Of a DNA stretch of 64,000 bases, positions 9,612 through 18,309 are shown one piece after another. How positions within the stretch are numbered: the stretch's first letter is position 1; each line of letters begins with the position of its first letter. This stretch comes from Clostridia bacterium (GTDB lineage Bacteria > Bacillota > Clostridia > Oscillospirales > CAG-272). The notes beneath the pieces are model-generated. The model was not told the origin of the DNA and ran no database searches. It worked only from the letters and a program-made list of their open reading frames with translations. The stretch lies in NCBI GenBank assembly GCA_900768535.1, contig CAAGDE010000076.1, forward strand, positions 23,317-87,316, read 5' to 3'. Both the position numbers and the translations under genes were made by a program.

Positions 9612-9628
9612 GGATTGTGTGCTATAAT
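9600..9628 (+). promoter_or_regulatory. promoter of proBAC
   Basis: TTGACC (9600-9605), 17-nt spacer, TGC-TATAAT (9620-9628). Overlaps the 3' side of the nrdG terminator. Confidence 0.6.
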
Positions 9629-9664
9629 ATAACGTGGATAGTTTTTTGAGTAAAGGATAACACT

Positions 9665-10435
9665 ATGAAACTGGTCGTAAAAATCGGAACATCGACCCTG
9701 ACGCACGTCACAGGGTGCCTGAATATCCGCCGGATCGAGATGCTGGTCAAGACGCTGTCGGACGTTGCCAATGCGGGGCACGAGGTGATTCTCGTATCGT
9801 CCGGCGCCATTGCCATGGGCGTCGGAAAGCTCAATCTCGGAGAAAAGCCGCAGGAGATCGCCGGCAAGCAGGCGGCAGCGGCGGTGGGGCAGTGCGAGCT
9901 GATGTACACCTATGACAAGCTGTTCTCGGAGTATAACCGCACCGTGGCGCAGATCCTGCTGACGGCGGATGACCTGAAGGTGCCGGAGCGGCACATGAAA
10001 TTCGAGAACACCATGGAACAGCTGCTGGCATGGCACGTCCTTCCGATTATCAACGAAAACGACACGGTTTCCACCGAGGAGATCAGAATCGGCGACAATG
10101 ACACCCTGGGCGCCATCGTTGCGGCGAGCGTCCGCGCCGATCTGCTGGTGCTGATGTCCGATATTGACGGGCTGTATGACAGCGACCCGCACCGCAACCC
10201 GCAGGCAAAGCTGATTCGGGAGGTCCGGAAGCTGACCCCGGAGATTCTGTCGCTGGGCGGCGGAGCGGGAAGCGCGCGGGGGACCGGCGGCATGACAACC
10301 AAGCTCCACGCCGCGCAAATCGCAACCGAAGCAGGCTGCGACATGGTCATCGTCAACGGGGAAAAGCCGGAGCTGCTTTACAGGCTGTTGGACGGCGAGG
10401 CGGTCGGAACCCGGTTTTACGCTGAGGAGGCATGA
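9665..10435 (+). CDS. proB: glutamate 5-kinase (short form without PUA domain)
   Basis: 256 aa with KIGTSTLT and VILVSSGAIAMG. Followed directly by proA. Confidence 0.93.
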   Translation: MKLVVKIGTSTLTHVTGCLNIRRIEMLVKTLSDVANAGHEVILVSSGAIAMGVGKLNLGEKPQEIAGKQAAAAVGQCELMYTYDKLFSEYNRTVAQILLTADDLKVPERHMKFENTMEQLLAWHVLPIINENDTVSTEEIRIGDNDTLGAIVAASVRADLLVLMSDIDGLYDSDPHRNPQAKLIREVRKLTPEILSLGGGAGSARGTGGMTTKLHAAQIATEAGCDMVIVNGEKPELLYRLLDGEAVGTRFYAEEA

Positions 10436-11692
10436 ATGGAGACAAAGGAAATTCTGAAGCGCGCGAAGGCGACCGTTCCTGTTCTGCGCAGCTTTTCCGC
10501 CGCCGACCTGGATCGCGCTCTGCGTGCCATGGCGGACGCACTGGAAGCCGGGACGGACGGCATCCTGGAGGAAAACGCCGCCGACATGGAAGCGGCAAGG
10601 GGGCACATCGGGGATGTGATGCTGGATCGGCTGAAGCTGACGCGGGAGCGCGTCCGGGATATGGCAGAGGGCATCCGGGGGGTCGCTGCTCTGCCGAGCC
10701 CGGTCGGTCGGGTGCTGGAGAGGTCGGTCCGTCCGAACGGACTGGAGATCGAAAAGGTCAGCGTTCCGCTCGGCGTGCTGGCAATCATTTACGAGAGCCG
10801 TCCGAATGTCACCTCGGACGCGGCGGCACTGGCGGTCAAAAGCGGAAATGTCTGCATTCTGCGCGGCGGAAAGGAAGCGTACCGCTCGGCAAAAGCCATC
10901 AGCGTCAGACTGCGGGAGGGATTGGCGCACGCGGGACTTCCGACGGATGCGGTTTTGATGATCGATGACACCTCACGGGAAAGTGCGAAGAAACTGATGG
11001 TGGCAAAGGGCTATGTGAATCTTTTGATTCCGCGCGGCGGGGCGGGCTTGATCCGTGCCTGCGTGGAGAATGCCACCGTGCCGACGCTGGAAACCGGAAC
11101 AGGCATCTGCCATGTGTATGTCGACCGGGCGGCGGACACGGAAAAGGCGCTTGCCATTGTGGAGAATGCCAAGACCAGCCGCCCCTCGGTCTGCAACGCC
11201 GAGGAGGTGCTCCTGGTTCACCGGGACATTGCACCGACCTTCCTGCCGCTCCTGCAGCAGCGGCTTTGCACCGACCGTGCGGCAAAAGGCTTGCCACCGG
11301 TGGAATTGCGCTGTGACGCGGCGGCGCAGGCAATCCTGCACGCAACGCCGGCAGGGGATGCCGATTTTGACACCGAATTTCTGGATTATATCCTGGCGGT
11401 AAAGGTGGTGGATTCGGTCGCCGATGCCGTGGCGCACATTGCGGTGCATTCCACCGCGCACAGCGAATCCATTGTGACCGAGGACCGCGCGGCGGCGGAT
11501 TACTTTACCGCAAACGTCGACAGCGCGGCGGTCTATGTCAATGCATCCACGCGCTTTACGGACGGCGGAGAGTTCGGGCTGGGCTGTGAGATGGGCATCT
11601 CAACCCAAAAGCTGCACGCGCGCGGTCCGCTCGGACTGAATGAATTGACCACCTACAAATACATTATCCACGGAAACGGACAGATCCGCTGA
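10436..11692 (+). CDS. proA: glutamate-5-semialdehyde dehydrogenase
   Basis: 418 aa with an aldehyde dehydrogenase fold, ESRPNVT and catalytic [11 protein letters not shown]. The ATG follows the proB stop immediately. Confidence 0.95.
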   Translation: METKEILKRAKATVPVLRSFSAADLDRALRAMADALEAGTDGILEENAADMEAARGHIGDVMLDRLKLTRERVRDMAEGIRGVAALPSPVGRVLERSVRPNGLEIEKVSVPLGVLAIIYESRPNVTSDAAALAVKSGNVCILRGGKEAYRSAKAISVRLREGLAHAGLPTDAVLMIDDTSRESAKKLMVAKGYVNLLIPRGGAGLIRACVENATVPTLETGTGICHVYVDRAADTEKALAIVENAKTSRPSVCNAEEVLLVHRDIAPTFLPLLQQRLCTDRAAKGLPPVELRCDAAAQAILHATPAGDADFDTEFLDYILAVKVVDSVADAVAHIAVHSTAHSESIVTEDRAAADYFTANVDSAAVYVNASTRFTDGGEFGLGCEMGISTQKLHARGPLGLNELTTYKYIIHGNGQIR

Positions 11693-11705
11693 GGAAGGAG
11701 ACCAC

Positions 11706-12503
11706 ATGAAAATTGCGTTTATCGGAACCGGAAACATGGGCGGTGCCTGCGCGCAGGCGGTCCGGCAGGCGCTCCCGCAGGCAGAGCTTCTGCTTGCCAA
11801 CCGCACGCCGGAGAAGGCGAAGGCACTGGCGGGACAGCTTGGCGGAACCGTCACCGACAACCGCACGGCGGCGGAAACGGCGGACTTCCTGTTCCTCGGT
11901 GTCAAGCCGCAGATGCTGGAGACGCTGGCGGGTGAGATCGGCGCGATCACGGCAAGGCGGGAGAAGCTGATTTTGGTCAGCATGGCGGCGGGAGTGACGG
12001 TCGAGCGGCTGAATGTGCTGTTCGGCGGGAGGCTGCCGGTCATCCGGATGATGCCGAACCTGCCGATGACGGTGAGCCGGGGCATGACGCTCTGGTGTGC
12101 AAGCGGTGCCGTCACGGAGGTTGAACGGCAGATCTTCTGCTCCATGATGGAAAAATCCGGTGACCTGAGCATGGTGCCGGAGCGCCTGATTGACGCCGGC
12201 AGTGCCGTTGCGGGATGCGGTCCGGCATTCGTATGCCTCTTTTTGGAGGCAATGGCGGACGGCGGCGTGCTGTGCGGCCTGACCCGCGCGCAGGCAACGG
12301 AGTACGCGGTGCAGACGCTCCTGGGAACCGCCGAGCTGCTCCGGGAGAACGGAACGCATCCGGGAGAGGTCAAGGATGCGGTGTGCAGTCCCGGCGGCTC
12401 GACCATTGCCGGGGTGTACGCATTGGAGACGGGCGCATTCCGGGCGGATGTCATGAATGCGGTGCGGGCGGCGTTTGAAAAAACGCGACAGCTCGGAAAA
12501 TAA
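11706..12503 (+). CDS. proC: pyrroline-5-carboxylate reductase
   Basis: 265 aa with IAFIGTGNMGGA and SPGGSTIAG. Confidence 0.93.
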   Translation: MKIAFIGTGNMGGACAQAVRQALPQAELLLANRTPEKAKALAGQLGGTVTDNRTAAETADFLFLGVKPQMLETLAGEIGAITARREKLILVSMAAGVTVERLNVLFGGRLPVIRMMPNLPMTVSRGMTLWCASGAVTEVERQIFCSMMEKSGDLSMVPERLIDAGSAVAGCGPAFVCLFLEAMADGGVLCGLTRAQATEYAVQTLLGTAELLRENGTHPGEVKDAVCSPGGSTIAGVYALETGAFRADVMNAVRAAFEKTRQLGK

Positions 12504-12512
12504 GGGGAGATT

Positions 12513-13454
12513 ATGAATCTGCTTTATCTGAAATACGCCGTTGAGGTCGCATCCTGCGGGTCGATCAACAAGGCGGCGGAGCAGCTGTATATCGACCAGC
12601 CGAATCTCAGCCGCTCCATCAAGGATCTGGAGACCTCGCTCGGCGTCCGTCTCTTTGACCGGAGCGCGCGCGGCATGAAACTGACACCGGATGGAGAGGA
12701 ATTCCTGAAATATGCCAAGGTCATCCTGGCGCAGGTGGATGCCATGGAGAATATGTTCCGGGAGGGAAACACGAGAAAACAGCGGTTTTCGCTCTCCGCC
12801 CCCCGCGCAAGCTATATTTCCGAGGCATTTGCCGCATTCACCCGGACGTTTTCCGACGTCGGGGAGATTGAGGCATTCTACCGCGAAACGAACGCCATGC
12901 GCACACTGAAGAATGTCCTGGAGGACGGCTACAACCTCGGTATCATCCGCTATGCGGCGCAGTATGACCGCTATTACAAGGATATGCTGGAGGAAAAAGG
13001 CTTGGCTTATGAGCTGATCTGCGAGTTCCGGCTGGTGCTGATCTTCAGCCGGGACTCGGTGCTCGCCGGGAAGGATGTCATCACCGCCGGGGATCTGGAG
13101 CCGCTGACCGAGGTGGCGCACGGTGACCCGTATGTGCCGTCCCTGCCGCTGGAGGAGGTGCGGCGGGAGGAATGGGCAGGCGTCAGCCCGCGGTGCGTGT
13201 TCCTGTTTGAGCGCGGCAGTCAGTTCGATCTGCTGGCGGGAAATCCGGACACCTTCCGGTGGGGCTCGCCGATTCCGCAGGACGTGCTGGATCGCTACGG
13301 GCTGATTCAGCGGACGTGTGACAAGAATCAGAAAATCTACAAGGATCTGCTGATCCGGCGGAAGGACTACCGGCTGTCGGCACTGGATAACGATTTCATC
13401 TCGGAGCTGTGCCGGACCAAGCGGGAGGTTTTCCGGAGGGAGGAAATCAAATGA
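12513..13454 (+). CDS. LysR-family transcriptional regulator
   Basis: 313 aa. N-terminal wHTH MNLLYLKYAVEVASCGSINKAAEQLYIDQPNLSRSIKDLE..LFDRSARGMKLT. Confidence 0.85.
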   Translation: MNLLYLKYAVEVASCGSINKAAEQLYIDQPNLSRSIKDLETSLGVRLFDRSARGMKLTPDGEEFLKYAKVILAQVDAMENMFREGNTRKQRFSLSAPRASYISEAFAAFTRTFSDVGEIEAFYRETNAMRTLKNVLEDGYNLGIIRYAAQYDRYYKDMLEEKGLAYELICEFRLVLIFSRDSVLAGKDVITAGDLEPLTEVAHGDPYVPSLPLEEVRREEWAGVSPRCVFLFERGSQFDLLAGNPDTFRWGSPIPQDVLDRYGLIQRTCDKNQKIYKDLLIRRKDYRLSALDNDFISELCRTKREVFRREEIK

Positions 13455-13996
13455 AATGGCTGATTGCATCCGATATTCACGGCTCGGCGAAGTGGTGCCG
13501 GGCGCTGACCGAGGGCTACCGGCGGGAGAACGCCGACCGGATGCTCCTGCTGGGGGACATCCTCTACCACGGACCGCGCAACGACCTGCCGGAGGAATAC
13601 GACCCGCGGGCGGTGATTGCCATGCTGAACGGAATGAAGAATGACATTCTGTCGGTCAGAGGAAACTGCGAGGCGGAGGTCGACCAGATGGTGCTGGAGT
13701 TTCCGGTGCTTGCCGACTATGCGGTGCTGGATATGGGGAGCTTCCTGGTTTACGCCACGCACGGTCATGTATATAACGAATCGCATCTGCCGCCCCTGCA
13801 TCCGGGAGATGTCCTTCTGCACGGGCACACGCACGTCCCGAAATGTGCGGTGCATGAAACCTATGTCTGCATGAACCCCGGCTCGGTGTCCATCCCGAAG
13901 GAGGGCAGTCACCGCGGGTACATGACGCTGGAGGACGGGGTGTTCCGGTGGCTCGATTTCGACGGCACCGTCCGGAACGAATACCGGATTCCGTAA
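13451..13996 (+). CDS. yfcE: YfcE-type metallophosphoesterase (phosphodiesterase)
   Basis: ATG at 13451 overlaps the LysR stop (ATGA). Motifs SDIHG, GDILYHGPRN, GNCE, THGH and LHGHTH. Confidence 0.8.
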   Translation: MKWLIASDIHGSAKWCRALTEGYRRENADRMLLLGDILYHGPRNDLPEEYDPRAVIAMLNGMKNDILSVRGNCEAEVDQMVLEFPVLADYAVLDMGSFLVYATHGHVYNESHLPPLHPGDVLLHGHTHVPKCAVHETYVCMNPGSVSIPKEGSHRGYMTLEDGVFRWLDFDGTVRNEYRIP

Positions 13997-14120
13997 TCGC
14001 TATATCGATATCGATAACGCGGATATGTAAAATTGACAATTCCAAAACGGCTCGCTTTATGATAAAATGAAGAGAAAGCGGAAGACGCTTGGCGGGTCGG
14101 TGCGGTAGGAAGGAACAAAC

Positions 14121-14858
14121 ATGAAACCGGACAGAATCATTGCGGTCAGGACCCGGAAAACCGTCTACCGGGACGGGGATCTTTGCATGAAGGTGTTTGA
14201 CAGAACCTATCCGAAGGCGGATGTCCTTGCCGAGGCGCTGAACCAGGCGCGGGTCGAGGAAACCGGTCTGCCCATTCCGCACGTCAGGGAGGTCACGGTC
14301 CTGGACGGAAAGTGGGCGATTGTGACGGATTATATCCGCGGAAAATCGCTCAGGGAACTGATGATGCAGAATCCGGAAAGGAAGAACGATTATCTTGGTC
14401 GGTTTGTTGATCTGCAGCTGCAGGTCCAGGCAAAGGAGTGCCCGCTGCTGCCGACGCTCCGGGCAAAAATGCACAGAAAGATCAGTCAGACCGCTTTCGA
14501 CGAGGAAACACGGGAAAAGCTGCACCGGACGCTGGACCGGATGCCGGAGCATACCAAGCTCTGCCACGGAGATTTCAATCCGTCCAACATCATGGTCCGC
14601 GCGGACGGCGTGTCCTATATCCTGGACTGGGCACACGCCACGCAGGGGAATGCCTCGGCGGATGCCGCAAGGACGTATCTGCTGTTCTGGCTTGCCGGGG
14701 ACATCAGCGGTGCGGAGCGGTACCTTGATCTGTTCTGCCGCAGGAGCGGAACCGAGCGGGAATATGTGCGCCGGTGGATGCCGATCGTCGCCGCGTCGCA
14801 GTCGGTCAAAGGGAACGAAAAGGAACGCGAGTTCCTGTATGCATGGGTAACAAGGTAA
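14121..14858 (+). CDS. aminoglycoside-phosphotransferase/choline-kinase-fold (eukaryotic-like kinase fold) protein, substrate unknown
   Basis: 245 aa. Catalytic-loop motif CHGDFNPSNIMV followed by ILDWAHA. RBS AGGAAGGA. Only 51 nt upstream of the hydrogenase cluster on the same strand. Confidence 0.7.
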   Translation: MKPDRIIAVRTRKTVYRDGDLCMKVFDRTYPKADVLAEALNQARVEETGLPIPHVREVTVLDGKWAIVTDYIRGKSLRELMMQNPERKNDYLGRFVDLQLQVQAKECPLLPTLRAKMHRKISQTAFDEETREKLHRTLDRMPEHTKLCHGDFNPSNIMVRADGVSYILDWAHATQGNASADAARTYLLFWLAGDISGAERYLDLFCRRSGTEREYVRRWMPIVAASQSVKGNEKEREFLYAWVTR

Positions 14859-14909
14859 GACTGCCGTCTTGCCGGAAAATAATTTCAAAACAGAAAGAGA
14901 GAAAAAGTC

Positions 14910-15155
14910 ATGAAGGTTACGGTTTGTATCGGTTCGTCCTGCCATATCAAGGGGTCAAGACAGGTTGTGGAGCAGCTTCAGGAACTGATCGCAAAGGAGG
15001 GTCTGCAGGATCAGGTGGAGCTGGGCGGCACCTTCTGCATGGGAAGATGCCAGGAGGGCGTTTGCGTGACCGTCGGAGAGGATTTCCACTCGGTCAGCCC
15101 GGAAACCGTGGGTGAATTCTTCGAAAAAGAGATCAAAGGCAAGGTTACGGCATGA
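14910..15155 (+). CDS. small thioredoxin-like [2Fe-2S] ferredoxin-domain protein (HfsA-like), copy 1
   Basis: 81 aa with the Cys pattern CIGSSCHIKG ... FCMGRCQEG (CxxxC..CxxxC). Confidence 0.75.
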   Translation: MKVTVCIGSSCHIKGSRQVVEQLQELIAKEGLQDQVELGGTFCMGRCQEGVCVTVGEDFHSVSPETVGEFFEKEIKGKVTA

Positions 15156-15418
15156 TTTTCGTGGAGATCTGCGTCGGAAGCTCCTGCCATATCAAGGGAG
15201 CGCCCGAAATTGTGGAGCTGATGCAGAAATACATCGCCGATGCCCACCTGGAGGATGAAATTGTTCTGTCCGGCAGCTTCTGCTCCGGCAGATGCAACCG
15301 CGTCGGCGTGACGGTTACGGTCGGAGATGAGGTCTACCCCGGCGTGACGCCGGATTCCTTCCGGGATTTCTGGAAGGATACCGTTCTGCCGGCGGTCGAA
15401 AAAGCAAAGGAGGAATGA
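15152..15418 (+). CDS. small thioredoxin-like [2Fe-2S] ferredoxin-domain protein (HfsA-like), copy 2
   Basis: 88 aa, a paralogue of the preceding gene (CVGSSCHIKG ... FCSGRCNRVG). ATGA overlap with copy 1. Confidence 0.75.
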   Translation: MIFVEICVGSSCHIKGAPEIVELMQKYIADAHLEDEIVLSGSFCSGRCNRVGVTVTVGDEVYPGVTPDSFRDFWKDTVLPAVEKAKEE

Positions 15419-15421
15419 CGG

Positions 15422-17095
15422 ATGGAATGCCTGACGCTGAAAAAATCCAACTGCAAAAACTGCTATAAATGCATCCGGCACTGCCCGGTCAAGTCCATCC
15501 GCTTTTCCGGAAATCAGGCGCACATCATCGGAAACGAGTGCATCCTGTGCGGTCAGTGCTTTGTGGTCTGTCCGCAGAACGCCAAGCAGATTGTGGATGA
15601 GACCGAAAAGGTCAAGGTGCTGATCCAGTCCGGCGACCCGGTGTACGTCAGCCTGGCGCCGTCCTTTATTGCCAATTACAAGGGCGTCGGCATTGAGGGA
15701 ATGCGGGGAGCGCTGAAGAAGCTCGGTTTTGCGGAGGTGGAGGAGACCGCCGTCGGAGCAACCATTGTCAAGACCGAGTATGAAAGAATTCTGCGGGAAG
15801 AGGAGCGCGATATCGTCATCTCCTCCTGCTGTCATTCGGTCAATCTGCTGATTCAGAAGTATTTTCCGTCCGAGCTGATTGATCTTGCGGACGTACTGTC
15901 CCCGATGCAGGCGCACTGCCTGGATATCAAGCGGCGGGTGCCGAACGCGAAAACCGTGTTCATCGGTCCCTGTGTGGCAAAGAAGGATGAAGCGGAATAC
16001 TACGGCGGCATTGTTGATGCGGTTCTGACCTATGAAGAGCTGACCGCGTGGTTCGATGCCGCGCATATCCGTCCCGAAGCGGAGCCGGATCACACCGAGG
16101 AGAGCCGCGCACGCTTCTTCCCGACCACGGGTGGAATCCTCAAAACCATGGCGCAGACCGCACCTGGCTATACCTATCTGGCAATTGACGGCGTGGAGAA
16201 CTGCATCGCCGCCCTGCGCGACATCGAAAACGGCAGACTGCACAAATGCTTCATCGAAATGTCTGCGTGCATCGGAAGCTGCGTCGGCGGACCGGTAATG
16301 GAAAAATACCACCGCACACCGATCTCCGACTATGTGTCGGTGGCGGAATATGCCGGCACCAGGGACTTTCCCGTCCGCCAGCCGGAGAGCGACTGCCTGC
16401 GCAAGCACTTTGAGCCGATCGAGCGCCGCAACGGAACGCCGAGCGAGGAGGAGATTGCACAGATCCTGCGCAAGATGGGCAAGACCAAGCCGGAGGACGA
16501 GCTGAACTGCGGCTCCTGCGGCTACGATACCTGCCGCGAAAAGGCAATTGCGATCTACCACGGAAAAGCGGAGATCTCCATGTGTCTGCCGTACCTCAAG
16601 GAAAAAGCGGAGAGCTTTTCGGACTGCATCGTCAACAATACCCCGAACGGTCTGATCGTGGTCAACGATGCGCTGGAGGTTCAGCAGATCAACGCCGCGG
16701 CAAGAAAGATCATGAATATCCGGTCCGCATCCGATGTTCTGGGAGATCAGGTGGTCCGGATCCTCGATCCCGCCATCTTCCTCAAGGTGCTGGAAACCAA
16801 GCGGAGCATCCGCGATCAGCGGGTCTACTTAGCCGAATACAAAAAGTATGTGGAGCAGACCGTGGTGTACGACAGCAACTACCAGATGCTGGTCTGCATC
16901 ATGCGCGATGTGACCGACGAGGAAACCGAGCGCGAAAAGAAAGAGGACATCAGCCGGCGGACGGTGGAAATTGCCGACAAGGTGGTGGATAAGCAGATGC
17001 GCATCGTGCAGGAGATCGCGTCGCTGCTGGGTGAGACCGCGGCGGAAACGAAGATTGCACTGACCAAGCTCAAGGAGAGTATTTCCGATGAATGA
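15422..17095 (+). CDS. hydS: sensory-type [FeFe] hydrogenase homologue with C-terminal PAS domain (HydS / HfsB-like, group C)
   Basis: 557 aa. Two CxxCxxCxxxCP ferredoxin motifs. H-cluster motifs ISSCCHSV, IGPCVAKKDE and EMSACIGSCVGGP. An extra CGSCGYDTC-x16-C (Cx2Cx4Cx16C) motif, then a PAS-like segment (NNTPNGLIVVNDALEVQQINAAARKIMN) and a charged helical tail. Confidence 0.88.
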   Translation: MECLTLKKSNCKNCYKCIRHCPVKSIRFSGNQAHIIGNECILCGQCFVVCPQNAKQIVDETEKVKVLIQSGDPVYVSLAPSFIANYKGVGIEGMRGALKKLGFAEVEETAVGATIVKTEYERILREEERDIVISSCCHSVNLLIQKYFPSELIDLADVLSPMQAHCLDIKRRVPNAKTVFIGPCVAKKDEAEYYGGIVDAVLTYEELTAWFDAAHIRPEAEPDHTEESRARFFPTTGGILKTMAQTAPGYTYLAIDGVENCIAALRDIENGRLHKCFIEMSACIGSCVGGPVMEKYHRTPISDYVSVAEYAGTRDFPVRQPESDCLRKHFEPIERRNGTPSEEEIAQILRKMGKTKPEDELNCGSCGYDTCREKAIAIYHGKAEISMCLPYLKEKAESFSDCIVNNTPNGLIVVNDALEVQQINAAARKIMNIRSASDVLGDQVVRILDPAIFLKVLETKRSIRDQRVYLAEYKKYVEQTVVYDSNYQMLVCIMRDVTDEETEREKKEDISRRTVEIADKVVDKQMRIVQEIASLLGETAAETKIALTKLKESISDE

Positions 17096-18260
17096 TCTTT
17101 GCGCCGATATCGGCTACAGGAGCATCAACCACGCCGGAGAACAGCTCTGCGGCGACCACGTGGACGTGGTGGAGCAGGGCGATAATTCCACGGTCATTGT
17201 GCTTGCGGACGGATTGGGCAGCGGCGTGAAGGCGAGCATTCTCTCTACGCTGACCTCCAAGATCATTTCCACCATGATGGCGGAAGGGCTGACGCTGGAG
17301 GACTGCGTGGAAACCATTGCGCAGACCCTGCCGATCTGCAGTGTGCGGGGCGTGGCATATTCCACCTTCAGCATCCTGCACCTGGTCGACAACCGCGAAA
17401 TGGAGCTGATCCAGTACGACAACCCGCTGGTGATCCTGCTCCGGGACGGCAAAAATTACGACTATCCGAAAACCGAGATGAACATCGGCGGCAAAAAGAT
17501 TTACAAGTCGGTCGTCAAGCTGCAGGAAAACGATATTTTCATTGCGATGAGCGACGGCTGTCCGCACGCGGGAATCGGTCTGGCTTACAACTTCGGCTGG
17601 AAGCGGGAGGACATCATCGGCTTCATGGAAACGGTTGCCATTGCGGGCTACACCGCAAAGACGCTTTCCACCATTCTGATTGATGAGGTCAACAAGCTGT
17701 ATGCGCAGAAGCCGGGAGACGATGCCACGGCGTGTGTGGTGCGTATCCGCCGGCGGGAACCGATGAACATCCTGTTCGGGCCGCCCTCCAACCGGGACGA
17801 CTGCAACCGCATGATGTCGCTGTTCTTCTCCAAGGAGGGCAAACACATCGTCTGCGGCGGAACCACCTCCTCCATTGCCGCGAAATATCTCGGCAAGCCG
17901 GTCAAAACCAGCCTCAACTTCGTCAAAAGCGACATTCCGCCGATTGCGGAGATTGAAGGCGTCGACCTGGTTACGGAAGGGGTCATTACCATCAACCGCG
18001 TTGTGGAATACGCCAAGGATGCGGTGGGGGACAATCGGCTGTACGAAAAATGGAGCTTCGGGCATGACGGTGCATCCCTGATCTGCCGGATGCTGTTTGA
18101 GGAAGCCACCGATATCAACTTCTTTGTGGGCAGAGCAATCAACCCGGCGCACCAGAACCCGGATCTGCCGATCAACTTCAACATCAAAATGAATCTGGTC
18201 GAGGAGCTGTCCGCCTGCCTGCGAAAGATGGGAAAACGGATCAAGGTCAGTTATTTTTAA
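17088..18260 (+). CDS. SpoIIE/PP2C-family serine phosphatase with uncharacterised C-terminal domain (HfsC-like)
   Basis: 390 aa. The N-terminal ~220 aa carry GEQLCGDH, VIVLADGLGSGVKAS, IAMSDG and GDDATACVV (PP2C metal ligands). 8-nt overlap with hydS. Confidence 0.85.
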   Translation: MNDLCADIGYRSINHAGEQLCGDHVDVVEQGDNSTVIVLADGLGSGVKASILSTLTSKIISTMMAEGLTLEDCVETIAQTLPICSVRGVAYSTFSILHLVDNREMELIQYDNPLVILLRDGKNYDYPKTEMNIGGKKIYKSVVKLQENDIFIAMSDGCPHAGIGLAYNFGWKREDIIGFMETVAIAGYTAKTLSTILIDEVNKLYAQKPGDDATACVVRIRRREPMNILFGPPSNRDDCNRMMSLFFSKEGKHIVCGGTTSSIAAKYLGKPVKTSLNFVKSDIPPIAEIEGVDLVTEGVITINRVVEYAKDAVGDNRLYEKWSFGHDGASLICRMLFEEATDINFFVGRAINPAHQNPDLPINFNIKMNLVEELSACLRKMGKRIKVSYF

Positions 18261-18263
18261 GAC

Positions 18264-18285
18264 GTTCCGATGTTGCGTTCGGAAC
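18264..18285 (+). other. intercistronic hairpin between the PP2C gene and hydA
   Basis: GTTCCGA-tgttgcgt-TCGGAAC, a 7-bp stem with no U-tract, so probably not a terminator. Confidence 0.4.
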
Positions 18286-18309
18286 GGTCTGAGGACGCGG
18301 AGGGAGAAA

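Noticed and set aside
14033-14068. A confident sigma-A promoter for the APH-kinase/hydrogenase genes.
   Set aside because: The TTGACA is good, but the best -10 candidates are at 19 nt (TATGAT) or 24 nt (TAAAAT). This is too irregular to list as a feature, so it is mentioned only with the palindrome finding.
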